DNA of 64,000 nucleotides from Cyanophora paradoxa CCMP329 (lineage: Eukaryota; Plantae; Glaucophyta), in the NCBI GenBank assembly GCA_004431415.1, contig QPMI01000415.1:241823-305822 (forward strand). The letters run 5' to 3'. Position numbers and translations under genes: made by a program. Below the pieces are notes generated by a model. The model did no database searches. It was not told the DNA's origin and saw only the letters and a list, made by a program, of their open reading frames with translations. Below, one piece after another: positions 25,488-38,671 of the stretch. The stretch's first letter is position 1. Every line of letters begins with the position of its first letter.

Positions 25488-28400
25488 ATGGACCTCGACT
25501 GGGACGTGGAGCTCGATTTGGCGGAGCTGGAGTGGGAGCCCATCGCCCCTCCCGCTCTGTGGGACAACGGCGCACCCGCAGCCCCTGCGGCCCCTTCCGA
25601 ACCCACCTTGAACGCGCCTCCGGAGTTCGAGCTGCTCCGCCGGCAGACAGCAGGCGTGTCGCAGACCCTCTCGACCGCCTTCCAGCCCTTCGCCCCGCTC
25701 CCCGAGACTCTATGGTCCCTCCAGCGCGACCGCAGCGGCCGGCCCTACGTGCACTACCCTTTCGTCATGAAGCTCAGGCGCGGCGGCGCGAGCCTCGCGC
25801 TTAGTCAAGCGCGGTCGCTTATGCGGGGCCGCTCGCGCGCGCGCAGGAAGTACAAGCTGAAGACAACGGACGCTGGCAGCCGCTGGATCGGGCGGCAACT
25901 GGTCGTCGAGTTGGCTTTCTGGGGTTCGTGGCTAGCCCTCACATTCATTAGCCTTCCGTCGTCCGCCGCGGCTCGCTCACGGCTCCGCCGCGCCCGCGCG
26001 CAGACACGGGGGAGGTCTTCGACACGCACGACTGCTCGGCGCCGCAGGCGCCCGGCTCCATGGGGGCGATCGCCGGCCCGAAGAAGGGAAAGCCGACGTT
26101 CCCCTTCGTGGACGCGCCGCGCGTGTTCACGGGCGTGGACTCGCTGGGCGAGACGTGCGCGTTCGCGCTGGACGCCTGCCGCTGCCTCAAGCCCTTCTCC
26201 TTCGAGCTGCGCATAAGCGACGCCGAGACCGGCCAGCGGCCCGCCGTGCGCATCGTTCCGCCTACCCCCCGCACAGACTCCGTACCCCCGCCGACCGAGC
26301 GCGCCCCCCGCAGTGCCGCCTCAAGCTCGAGCTCGTCCGGAGCGGCGCGCCGCAGCCGAAGGGGAGCGAGACCGCGCCCCCTCGCTCCGTATCGACGGCC
26401 ACTCTACCCCCCCTCTCCCGCCACCTCGCCGGCAAGCACGCCGCCGGGGACGGGCCGCTGGACCCCCCGCAGGCCTTCAAGCGGCCCCGCGCGGGGGAAG
26501 TCGTACCCTCTTTTGACGATGCCCCCACTTTCCCAACCTTCGCCCCGGGCATCCCTTCCCACCCCGCGCCGCTGCCGCCGCCGCCGGCCGCCGCGAACCC
26601 GTTCCAGGCCCCGGCCATTTCCCACCAGCCCCTCTTCCCGAACCCGCTCCCTCTGCCGCCCCACGCGCTGGTTTCCTCCCCCCAGTCGGACCCCTCCCCT
26701 ACTACCTCGCAGGTCTCCTCGACCCAGGACTCCACCCCCCCTATGGACATATCACCCACCCTCCCCTCCGCCCCGCCCCAGTCCCCCGCCTCCTCCCTCT
26801 CCGTCGTATCCCCCCCGGGGTCCTCCTCCCACCCCTTCTCGCCCCCGCCCCCCACGTCCCCTCCGGTCCCCACGTTCCAGCCCAGGCCCCGCCGGGAGGA
26901 GGCGGTCCTGCAGGAGGCAGGGTACCTCGATTCCCTGCTCTCGTCGTTCGCGCGCTCGGCGCCGGCGCCGGACCGCTCTTCGGTCGCCGAGATCCTCTCC
27001 TCGGCCGAGCGGAAGTTCTGGGACGTCTTCGTCTCCGCCGAGACGCGCCAGTTCTCCTTCAAGCAGGAGAAGGAGGAGGACGAGGAGGGGGGTACGCGGC
27101 GCGGAGGGCGCGGGGGGCGCAGCGGGGCGGCGGCCGCGCAGCCGCCGGGGCGGGCGCCGGCGGGCCCATGCCCGACGCGGACGTGGACGCTCTGTTCCTG
27201 AAGCTGGCGAACCTCTCCGTCGATCCCGACGCCCCCGCCCCCGTCCTCGCCCTCAGCCCCGCCTCGCCCCCAACCGACGGGCCCCGGCCCCCCGCCCCGC
27301 CCCGGTCCCGCCCCCCGTGCCCTTCTCCCCCTCCCCCTACATCCTCGACCCCTCGGAGGAGGACGAGTTCATGGTACCCCGCCCCCGCGCTCGGCCCCCC
27401 CACCCCGCCCCGCCCGCGCCGACGGCTCGCAGCGGCGGGTGAACGCTGCGGAGGCCGCGGGGGCCGCCGCCGCCCTCGGGGTACTCCTCGGAGACCCCCG
27501 GTACCCCTCCCCCGCCCCCCCCCCCTCGCCCACATCCCGCATACGCCCCTCACCCCCCGCAAGGATCCTGGGTACGCCCCTCTTCCGGAAGCCCGCCGGC
27601 TGGATTCGTACCCGGCACCTCTACGTGGTGCGCCCCGTACCCCCCTCGACCCCGTCCCCGCCATCGTCGACCTTGAACCCCTCAGCTCGTCCGCACCCTG
27701 TCTCGCTCCTCTGGCCCTGGGAGGCCCCGCCACCTCTTCCCGCCCCCCTCGGTGCGGCCCCCGCAACCCCCCCCCCCCCCCACCTCCACCCCCACCTCCC
27801 GCACCCGCACCCCGGAGCTCACCGCGTACCCCCCTCCACCAAGTTCGACGCCATCCTCCGATCCCTTACCTTCAACCTCCTCGCCGGACCTGTCGCGTAC
27901 CCCACCCTGTGCGCCCCTCCCCCCCGCTCCGCCCCCACACCCCATCCTTAACACTGTACTCCCCAGGGAGGAGTCCGAGCGCGCATGCGAGAACATCTGG
28001 AACTACGTCACCGTCGTCACCTCGGGTGCGGGCCCCGTAGCCCCCTCGAGCTCTTCCCTCCCCCTCTCACACCCCATCTCCCCCTCGTCCAGAGTACATC
28101 CTCGTATCCCCCGACTTTATGTTCGTACCCTTCGAGGAGGTGCGGCACTTCGCACCCACCAGCCGTGCTCGTACCCCCGGCCGGCCGCAGCTCACCCGTA
28201 CCCCCCGCATCAGGTGCTGCGGCTCCACGAGCGAGCGATGGACCTCGCCGCGATCGCGATGGGGCGGTGCGCCGCCCTCTCCTCGGGCCCCGTCTCTTTC
28301 TCAAGGCCGCCCCCCTCCTTCCTCCCTCGCCGCAGCTTCGGGAGGGAGTACAGGACCGAGATGCTCGTCACGACCGCCAAGGCTCGTCGCGCCGTTCCCC

Positions 28401-30815
28401 TCGACCGCGCCCCCTGTCTGACTGACGCGCCGCCGCGCGCCTCGCCCCCCCCTGCGCAGGTGCGGGCTGCCTTCAGCCTGCGGATGTGGGGCCACCTGCG
28501 GTCCTCCCTCGAGCTCGTCTTCGAGGTTCGAATCCTCCCGCGGCCCTTCTTCGGTGCCCCGTTCGCCCGGGCTCACCCCTCCCCCCCCCCCCCCCCCCCG
28601 CGCTTACAGGCCTGGGACGACCTGCTCCGCCTGCGCGTGTACCCCCACCGGCTGGAGTGCGAGGTCCTCCGCGAACTCTGCGAGCTGCACGGTGCCTCCG
28701 TACCCCCCCCCCTTCCCCTGCGGCCCGCCCACGGATCGCGCGGGCAGTGCAAATCGAGCGGACGGACCTCGCCCGCCACTTTGCGGAGCGGCTCTATTGG
28801 TGCGGGCTCCACCATCAAACGCTTCGGCTCGGGCGGATCGCCCGAGCGCTAGTCGGGCCCGCGCCCTTTGGCGCGATGTTTGAAGCCGTGCCGCCCCTCA
28901 GGTTCGAGGAGACGGACGGCGACATCGAGTTCAAGGTCTCCTGCCTCCAGACCCTCGGTACCCGCCCCGCCCCGCCCCGCCCCTGGCGCGCTAGCCTCGC
29001 TTCGCCCCGCCCCGCCCCGCCTGGAGTTAGCTCGCCTGGAGTTAGCTGGGTCGAAGCTAGGCCCCGCCCCGCTCCGCCCCGCCCCGCCCCGCGCTTTCCC
29101 GCCGCCTCTGACGCGGGGCGCGGCAGCGTACATCGAGTGGCACGAGGGGTCGCCCGACGTGGCGGCCGACGGCTACCGCAAGGCCGTCGAGACCGGCCGC
29201 GGTCCGTCCCGCCCGCCCGCCCGCCGAGCGCCCCCCTTAGAGAAGCGAGCGAGGGTGCGAGCGAGGAAAGTGCCGAGCCGACTCGCCGGGGCGGGCCGCA
29301 GAGCTGGTGGAGCGGTCCGGGGGCAACCCCTTCTACGTCGTGCGCATGGGGCGCGCCATGAAATCCATGGGCCTCTGCGAGTTCGCCGCCGGTGCGCCCC
29401 GCCCCTGATCTAGCTAGAGCTGGATAAGAGCCAAGCTAGCTAGCGCTACGCTACCCAGAGCAGCGCGCGGTTTCCCCACTCGCCATGGCCTGGCCGCGCC
29501 CGCATCCCCGCCCGCGCGCCGCCCCATAGAGCTAGCTAGAGCCAGAGCTAGGGCTGGAGCTGGAGCTAGAACAGCGGTTCCCCCGCTCGCTCGCCTCGCT
29601 CGCTCTAGCTAGAACTGGAGCTGGAGTCTACGCGGCGCCCCTACTCGCCATGGCCTGGCCGCCCCTACCCCCCCCCTCCCCCCCCTCCCCCCCCTCCCCC
29701 CCCCCCCCCCGAGCTAGCTAGAGCTGGAGCTGGAGCTAGAGCTAGAGCTAGAGATAAAGCTACGCGACCGAGAGCAGCGGTGCCCCCACTCACTGACCCG
29801 GCCGCACGCAGGGCGCATGGGCCGCTCCTCGAATTCGATCATAGCCTCCGTGAAGACCCTCGACTCGGTCTGCGAGCTCTCGAACTCCGAGCACGACGAC
29901 TTCGGCCTCGCGGGTTCGAATCCCGCTCGGGCCGGATTTTCAAAGCGGATCCGAGAAAGGGACCGACGGGGCCGACTCGCGTGGGCTGATCCGTCGGGCA
30001 GCGTACGCGGTGGTGTTCCGGCCGGGTGGCTTCCAGCTGCGCCACGCCATCCGCCTCCTCCGCGCCGTCAACCTCCACCTCGAGGTCAGACGGCTCATAT
30101 ATATGAGCATCCGCGCTCTCTTATAAGCTCCTGAGCGGAGCTCTCTGTTAAGATCATAGGCCACAGCCTTCAAACCGATATAATATTACAAGGCAGCGCT
30201 TTCACGCCCCGCCTCGATCATTTGAGCACCAGCTGCGCCCTGCTTCGGCCCCTGACGCCCTTTTCCTCGCGCGCAGTGGGGCCACCAGCGGTACCGGACT
30301 CCGCACAAGGTCGCCTCGGCGACCTACCACATCGGCCTTCTCTGGTGAATGCCAATTTGAAAGATTCGCTATGATGCGTCGACTGTTTTTATTGTTCCGG
30401 ACTGATGTGTGCCTACTTTGCGCGCAGCGCGCTGGACGGGCAGCTGACGGAGGCGCTGGAGGCGTTCTCGGCGTCGATGGCCAAGTACACGTGCACGCCC
30501 GAGCTCGCCGCCTGCTTCGGGGACTCCCACACGCGCATCCGCAACCTCCGCCGCGCCGCCGCCTGGGTCGCCGCGCGCCTCGGGCGGCCCGTGCCGCCCG
30601 AGCTGGCCTGGCCCCCCGGGCACGAGCCCCCGAACGGGAGCCCGTGGGCGGGGCGCGGCCTGCGGCTCGCCCCTCCACCGTTCCTGGACGCGGCGCTCTG
30701 GGCGAGCCGGGGGGTAGACGCGGAGCTGATGGAGATCTTCATCGCGACGTACCCCGCCGACGCGGTCGTGCAGATCGGGGCCTGGCTCGCCAACTCGCCC
30801 CCGGCCGGCGGCTGA
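25488..30815 (+). CDS. Uncharacterised protein: acidic N-terminus, beta-rich domain, Pro-rich linker, helical/TPR-like C-terminal half
   Basis: Starts MDLDWDVELDLAELEWEP and continues through an exon chain with normal splice sites. Helical exons include AYIEWHEGSPDVAADGYRKAVET, VRMGRAMKSMGLCEFAA and ALDGQLTEALEAFSASM. Stop at 30815. Confidence 0.62.
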
Positions 30816-31942
30816 CCGCTCCTCCCGGCGCCGCACCCCCCCCCCCCCCCCCCCCCCCCCTGCCCCGGCTAGTTTACAAGGCGCGCCTGACGCTCTCTAC
30901 AAGGGGGGCTGACGGGCGGGAGCGGGGGGCGCGCGCAGGGGGGAGGGGGTTGCGCGGGCCGTTAGGGGGGGCGTGCTATGGGGCATGGAGGGGGGCGTCC
31001 CTGGGGGGGGGGGGGGGGGGGGGGGGGGCTTGGGGCGGGTCCAGCTAATGTGGCAGCTAATTGGCGCATGGACTCTGGAGTCTGGACCCGGCCCGGCGGC
31101 GGCCCCCCGCCGGCGCCGGGCCCCCGGGCCCGGGAGCCTCTGCAGCCTGCAGCCTGCAGGCTGCAGGCTGCAGCTGCCAGGCTGCTGAGGCTGATGGCAG
31201 CCTGATGCGCTGAAGCCTGACTCAGTGAAGGCCTATTGACTTCATTCATAATGGAAAAACCATGGCTGGTTCTTTCATGAAGCTTCGTTTTCTTCATTGT
31301 TTTTGTCGCTTTCGAGCACGTGCCGGACGAACTCGCAGCGACAATCGACAACGAAGTTTTTATCCGCATTGAAAACTGAATAGCCTCGTGAATGGCATTC
31401 CATTAGATATCGAACACAGGAGTCACCAACGAACGTCACTGTGTGAAAAACCAACGGGGCGGGGGGACCCGGCCAGGGTACACCGTACACTGCTGCTTGA
31501 TTTGCATGCGCAGCCAGCCACGGCCCACGGTCACCGAAGCAGCACGCTCTGCCAGGCTGCCAGCAGCCGCAGCAGCAGCGCAGCAGCAATTGCAAGTTTT
31601 TAAATTTGCAACGCACGCGGAGGAGCGCCGCGCCTCGGTCCCAGACGGACGCCAGCGCAGCGCCGGCCGGCCCGCGGTCGGCCGGTTCATCGGCGCTCGC
31701 TCGCCGTAGCGGCGTCGCCGTCTGCGAGGATCCCGGACTTCCCGACAACCAGACATCCGAGCAGATCTAGACGACAGGGGTAGCTCGTGGAACAGACGCC
31801 GAGCGCGCCGGTCGCGGGGTCTGAGCACGCCCAAAGTTGCCCTTGGCGGCCCGTAAGCGCGCCCCGCATGATCAGCACGTCCTTTTGCTTCCGAAGCGCG
31901 TGATCAAATCAGGAGACGGCCTCGCGCTCGCACTCGGCGGCG

Positions 31943-34900
31943 ATGGGCGTAGAGCATCAGGAGTCCGGAGGGGCCGCTCCGGCGCCGCCGCCGGCCGCCG
32001 GCCTCAAGGTCGAAGACCCCGTGGCCGGAGTCCACACCCTGGCCGAGCCGTATCTGGATCGGCCTCGCAGCGGCGAGCGGCGCGCGAGTGCCCGCGGCCG
32101 CAGCGCCGGCTTTCTCGAGCCTGACACCGCGGCGGACCGGCGGGGGTCCGAAGGGACGGCGGGCGCCAGGCGGCCCGTGTCTGCCGGCGTCGCCGCCAGC
32201 GCCGGCGCCCGCGTGAGCCCGGCGCCGTCGGCGCCGCTGAAGCCGGCCGCGGCCGCGTGGGCGGCCACCGAGGGCCCGGTCGCGGTGGCCGGGCGGGGCC
32301 TGGAGTCCCTGGCCGCGGTGGCCATGACCGATCTCCCCCTCGAACAGCCCACGCCGGGCGTCGCGGCCCCCGCGGCGGCATCGGATCCAGAGCTCGCCAC
32401 GCCCCGGCCCTCCTCGCCCGCCGCGGCCGGCTCGCGCTTGCCGCCCGCGAGTGTTGGCGCCGGCGCCGGCGCCGGAGCGGACGCCGCGGCTGCGGCCCGC
32501 CGGCAGAGCTCGCGCCGCCTGAGCCGCCGCCTGCGGCCGCCCTCCTCGTGGGGCGCGGGGCTCCGCACCCTCCTCCGGGGCTTCCCCCCGGCCCACGAGG
32601 CCGAGTTCCGGCGGCAGCAGTCGGACGCCCTCTTCCCCATCGCCCGGTCCGCCTGAAGCTCGCTGCCCGCCCCGCCCGCCCGCTCGCCCGCCCGCCCACT
32701 TCGTTCGCAGGAACTCCTTCATCGGCGCCCTCCTCCTCCCCCTCCTCGTCCTCGGTGCGAACGAAGCCTCCCCCCCCCCCGGCGCCCGCGGCTGGTTATT
32801 TTCGGCGCAGGGACGCTGCTGGCGTCCGGCGTCTTCGAGCCTCTCTTCGGCCTCCGCCCCTTGGAGAACCCCGCCCTCTACCGCTCGGTCCGCCCGCGCC
32901 CGCACCCCCCTCCTCCCCTCCATCCCTGTACCCCCTCACGTCTTCCCCCCCCCCCAGGCGATCGCGGTGGGGGCGCTGACGTCCCTCGTCGTCCTCGCGA
33001 CGTTCCTCGCGCCGCCCTCGTACCCCCCCCGCCGCCACTGGCAGGCGCGCCCCCGCCGCTCGAGCGGGCCCCAGGCCTAGACTCACCGTACCCCCGTTCT
33101 TACCCGCGGCAACGCGAACAGAGCACGGTGACCGTCGGGATTGCCGTCACGTACGCGTGCCTCTACGTCTACGCAAAGGCAAGCGAGCGAACGCAGGCCG
33201 CCCGGGGCCGGGCCGGGCGGGACGGCGCCCCCTAGCTAGCCCTAGCCCTAACCCTAGGCCCTCGACTTGGAGCCCCATCGGGTCCCCGGTGCCCGACTAG
33301 AGTCTTATCTACCGGTACTGTCGCCGCCTCTGACCTCTAACCGACCAATCCAACCAAGCCAAACCAACTCCAACCCCCCCCCCCCCCTCTCTCTAACTCT
33401 GCTGCGCGCAGAGCCTGCGGATCGCCTCGTGGTACAGGGCGAGCTACAACTTCGGGGCCCTCTTCTCCTCGGCGCTGCTGGGCCTCCGCTGGGGCCAGAT
33501 CCTCACCGCCAACGCCGCCGGCCTCGCATTTGCCTTCGCCGCCGCCGCCTCGGTCCGCGCCCCCCCGCCCGCCCCCCCCCCGCCCGCCCCCCCGCCCGCG
33601 TCTAGAAGCTTGAGGGGCCACCCCCGCCTTTCCTTCGCCCCCGCCCGGCCGCCGCTGCCTCCGCCTAGAGGGATGGAGGGACGGCTGGAGGGGACCCCCC
33701 CCCCCCCCCCCACCACCCTGTCTTCCCTGCTCACGTTTTCGGCGCAGGAGACGGAGGACCCCCTCTCGACCTTCCAGGCGGCGATCGGGCTCCCCGTGTG
33801 AGTCACGGGAGCGAATCCGAGCTTCTTTCGTTCGCACCCGCGCGCGCCCCGCTCACCGCGCCGCTTCGTTCGCAGCTGCGCGATCGCGTTCGTGACGTGC
33901 GTCATCAACGTCTCCGTCAACGAGCTCGCCGCCCGCCGCGTGCGTACCCCCCCCCCCGCGCCCGCCCCGCCCGCCCTGCGCTCGCCATCTGCCTGCGTTC
34001 CTTCCGGGAAAGCTGAGTCTCCGCTTAACGCCCGCGGCCGAGGCTAGAAGCCTTCTCCTCCTCTGTGAGGAGCCGGCCAGCCCGGCTCACGGGGCCAGCG
34101 CAGGCCTTCCTCAAGTCCCTGGACCTCTCCCAGGAGGTCGCCGGCGTGCGTACCCCCCCCACCCCCCCACCCCCCCCACCCCTCTTCGTGTCCGACCCTC
34201 CGCTCGCAGTTCCAGGCGGAGAACTCGCAGCTGATGGAGGAGGTCAGGGCCTTCCACCGCCACTGGCGCGCCCCGCCCCCGCCCCGCCCCCGCCCGCCCC
34301 GCCCCGCCCCCGCCCCGCCCCCGCCCCGCCCCGCCCCGCCCCGCCCCGCCCTCCCAATGGCATCCATCTTTAACCTTAGCCTACTCTATGTCGCCCCGCC
34401 CTCGCCCCGTCCCGCCCCGCCCCCGCCCCTGCTCCTGCTCTGCTCGAGCGCGCTCTGACTGCGTCGGCCCGGCAGCAACTCGCTGGAGTTCGGGAACTCG
34501 CTGGGCGCCGCCTTCGGACTCCTCTCCGACCTCCTCGAGCGCCTCACAACGGGTCCGCCCGCCCGCCGCGCTCCTAGACGCCCCCGCCCCCCCCCCCTCC
34601 CTCCCCCCCCCCTCCCCCCACCCCCCCACCCCCCGCCTGAGCTTCTTCGCTGCGGGTCCGCAGAGCAGCGGGTGCAGGAGGCCTTCACGCTCTCCGCGGC
34701 GCTCCGGCACCTCCTCCGCCGCATGCAGGCCCGCACGGTGCGCGCCCCCGCCCGCGAGGAGCCTCGAGCGCCGCCGCCGCGCCTTCCAGCTCCGCTCTAG
34801 ACCTCCGCTCTCAGGCCCAGCCGCCGCCCCCTGGACCTCTTCCTCCCGCCCCGCCCCGCCCCCCCGCTCGCTCGCCCCCGCCCCTCAACGCCCCCCGCGC

Positions 34901-37900
34901 TCGCCCCCCCCCGCACGCAGAGCGTGGGGGCGGAGGAGCTGGAGGCCCTCGAGTCCGGGGACGACGAGAGCGCGAAAAAGTTCCACGCCTGGCTCGTCTC
35001 CCTCGTGCGCCCCGCAGTAGACTGCCGCTCACCTGAGAACCCGTCGCTCTGCGCTCTGAGCCCGCCTCGCTCGGCAGACGGGCGCGGCGGGCTCCCTTGC
35101 GGAGCGCGCCGCCTCGACCCCGCCCAAGTCCACCTCGCTGCGCCCGCCGGCCATCGACCCGTTCTTCTTGGGCGGAGGAGGGGGTGGAGGGGGAGGAGGG
35201 GGCGGGTACCGCCCCCGCCCCAGCGTCAGCGTGACGTCGGCGTCGTCCCAGTCCGGGGTACGTCCTTTCGGACTCGTTCGTCTTCGCCTTCTTGCTGAAG
35301 CGCGCGAGTCAGATGGCGAGCCCGCTGGTACCCGTCGAGGGCGGCTCGGATCGGGAGCGCGAACAGGCGGCGGCCGACCGGGCCCGCGCCTTCCTACCCC
35401 CCGGGTGGGCGCCGCCCCTTGCCCCTCCCCGCTCGCGCGCTCGCTCGCTCGGGCGCTGAGAGGGCGGGCCGGCGGGCGTGCAGGGCGGCCGGACGCTCCC
35501 GCTCGGGATCCTTCAGCTACTCCTGGGTACCCGGCTTCGTCGACGTACCCCCCAGTGACGAGGCGCGCCTTTTCAACCTCTACCCCCCCCCCCCTCTGAA
35601 GACATTCCGCAGAACTCGGCTGCGGTGACGAAGGCGCTGCGGGCCGCCGCGAGCCCCGATTGGTGCGCCTTCGACATCACAGAGGTACTGTAGCCCCCTT
35701 CCTTCCCCCTGGTGTACCCCTCGCCGATCCCCGTACCCCCCGCCGCCGCAGCTGGAGCGCCTGACGAGCGGCCGCGTCCTGCAAGTCCTGAGGTCCCCCC
35801 CCCCCCCCCCCCCCAATCCGGCCCCTTCAGCTGAGGCTGAGCCTCGGCGAAGCTAAGCTAATCTATGAGCTATGTCCCTAAGCTAAGCTATGAGCTATAT
35901 CCAAGCCGCCCCGCCTCGCGCTCTCGCTGATCGACCGATGGACCGCAGCTACGCGCTGATATCGGAGTCCGGGTCGGCGGAGTGGGTGACCTGCGACGGG
36001 TCCCGCCTCGCGAGCTTCCTCGCCGCCGTCGAGGGCGGATACCACGCCGTCGTGCGCCTAGTCCTCGGGGCCTGGGCCGCAGCCTCCGCTGGGCTCGGAC
36101 TCACCGTGCCCGCCGCCCGCCCCGACGCCCGCCGCGCGCAGCCGTACCACAACAGCACGCACGCGGCCGACGTGACGCAGGTCCGGGCAGCTCCCTAACT
36201 AATTATAACAAAGCTACTTTCCGAGCTCTTCGGAGTCCCAATACTCCATTTTCGAGCGAGCGCTCCCAGCTTAAGCCGACCGACCGACCGAGCGAGCGCG
36301 CGCGCTGACGGCACGGCAGGCGATGTTCCACCTGCTGAGATCTTAGATCCGAGATCTTAAATCTTAATAGGATCTTAGATCTTTATAAGATCTTAGATCC
36401 AATATCTTACAGCTCTTAGATCTAGCTTCTTCTTAGATCTAGCTCCTTCTCCTGAGCTCTCCGGCAGGCGATGTTCCACCTGCTGCGGCACGGCGGGCTG
36501 GACCGCTGCGTGCCCCGCCGCGACGTCTTCGCCGCCCTCGTCGCCGCCGCCGTGCGCCCCGCGCCCCGCGCCCCCAGAAGCTCGAAGAAGAGGACCAGAC
36601 CGTCTTCGATTCGCTTAGCTTAGCTGTAGACAAGGCTCGAGCCCGAGCGCGAGCGAGCGAGCGAGCCCAGGCGCCGTCTCACGCCCGGGGCGGGGGCGCA
36701 GGTGCACGACCTCGGGCACACAGGGCGCAACAACGGCTTCGAGATCGCGACGCAGTCGGAGCTCGCCCTCCTCTACAACGACCAGTCGTGCGCCCCGCCC
36801 CGACCCGCCCCGCCCCGCCCCGCAGCGCCTTAAGATCCCAAGGACGGCCGTGCGCCCCGAGAGATAAGCACCTAAGCCACCGTGAGCCACGCCTAAGCCA
36901 CCTCGAGCTGTCCCTCCTCTACAACGACCAGTCGTGTGCGCGAGGAGCCGGGCGCAGCTCTAGCTTCTCCCGCGGAACTAGATCTAAGCCGAGCAACAAG
37001 CTCCAAGCTATGCGCTGTGGGCTAAGCCCCTCGTCCGATCCGAAGCACTAGACGGTTTCCCCGATTTCCTAGCATCTCCCAGGATTCTAACTCCAAGCTG
37101 GAAGCTAAGCTAGTCCAAGTTCTAATCCAAGCTTCGCCCCTCGCCAACGCTAACTAACCGCCCGCCGGCCCCGCCCCGCCCCGGGCCGCCCGCGCAGGGT
37201 GCTGGAGAACCACTCGCTGACGCAGGCCTTCGCGCTCCTGCGCGACCCCGCCCTCAACTTCCTCGAGGGCGCCCCGTGCGCTACCCCCCTCCCCCTTCCC
37301 CCCCCCGCCCCTTCCCCCCCCCCTCGTCAGGCTTTAGATCCTGCCTCTCCAAGCTTCAGAGGCTCTAGATCTAGACCGGATTCAAGGCTCCAGATTTTAT
37401 AGCCTTTTCGGGGCTTTCAAGATCAAGATTTGTGCGGCGGCGCCTGACGCGGGGCCCGCGGCTCGGCAGGCGGGAGGAGCGGGCGGAGTTCAGGCGAACG
37501 GTCGTCTCCCTCGTCCTCGCCACCGACATGGCCGTGCGCGGCGCCACCCGCCCCACCCGCCCTCCCCGATTGATCCCCCGCCCCTCCCCGCAGAAGCACT
37601 TCGAGGTCCTGTCGGCGTGGAAGGCGCACCTCCTCTCCCAGGTCCGACCCCCTCCCTTACTGTTTAGTTAGCTAGCTATAGCTAGCTAGCTAGACTCTTT
37701 AAGTTAGTTCTAGTGTGGTTGGGTCCGATCCGCTTCACCATTTGTAAATGGGTGGCCGCCCCGTCGGTCTGATTCGTGCGCTCTTTCGTTCGCAGGCGCT
37801 GGGCGGGGTGGACGCGGAGCAGGCGCGGAGCCCGACGGCGGCGGCGGGGCGCCGCGCCGGGCCCGTGGCCGGGGCCGCCCCCTCGGGCGCCCCCGCACAG

Positions 37901-38671
37901 CCGCTGACCCCCGACGAGCGCCGCCTCTACCTCATGAGCGCTCTCAAGGTCCGTTTGATTTGTTTATGAGGTTTAGAGTTGGGTTTGTTTACAGTTTCCT
38001 ATCTTCTGGATCTTTTTCTGGCGTCTATCTTCTGCATTTGCCTAGTTGGACCTCTAGAACGCGACGCACATCCATCTCGCTGGAGAGCACAGCGCGCTCC
38101 GTTGCGCGCGCTCGAGGGGGAGCTCCTGAATGGTTCCGCGGCGCGGCGTGCGCAGTTCGCGGACCTCTCGAACGCGGCGCGGCCGCGGGCGCTGCACGTC
38201 GAGTGGTGCCGCCGCGTCAACGACGAGTTCTGGTCCCAGGCGCGTCGTACCCCCCTCCTCTTCCCCCCCCCCTGACGCTCGCTGCGGGTGCAGGGGGACG
38301 AGGAGCGGCGGCTGCGGCTGCCGGTGAGCCCCGTCTGCGACCGCAGCACCGCCAACGTCCCCGAGTCCACCGTGCGCCGCGCACCGCAAAGCGGCCTCGC
38401 TCCTCCTTAAGCTTCCTCCTCAAGCTTCCCCTCTTTAAAGCTTTAAAGCTTTGAAGCTGAAAGCTTTACTGCTAAGCGGCCTCGCGCCTCCTCAAGCTTC
38501 CTCCTCACGCCCCTTCGTTCGCATTCGCAGGCCGGGTTCCTCAACTTCCTTGCGATCCCGCTCATGCAGGCGTGGGCGAGCCGCTTCCCCGGGGCGCGGC
38601 CGCTCGCCCAGACGGCGGAGGAGAACCTCGCGTACTGGGAGGCCCAGCCGCGGCCCCCCAAGGCCCCCTGA
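31943..38671 (+). CDS. Class I 3',5'-cyclic nucleotide phosphodiesterase with N-terminal multi-pass membrane domain
   Basis: Catalytic exons read PYHNSTHAADVTQ|AMFHLL...AALVAAA|VHDLGHTGRNNGFEIATQSELALLYNDQS|VLENHS...VLATDMA|KHFE...LMSALK|FADLSN...EWCRRVNDEFWSQ|GDEERRLRLPVSPVCDR...|AGFLNFLAIP...NLAYW. About 6 hydrophobic segments lie at 32.7-33.9 kb, followed by a coiled coil. Confidence 0.93.

Noticed and set aside
31250-31460. AT-richer patch that could be a hAT transposase relic (LVFHT-DVRW-DS on the minus strand)
   Set aside because: Needs two indels within a few codons, and no other transposase motif or terminal repeat was found.
26060-32923. Long Pro/Arg/Gly-rich ORFs such as 26060..27442, 27752..28852 and 31904..32923
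   Set aside because: These are shadow frames or intron read-through in very GC-rich DNA overlapping better-supported spliced genes.
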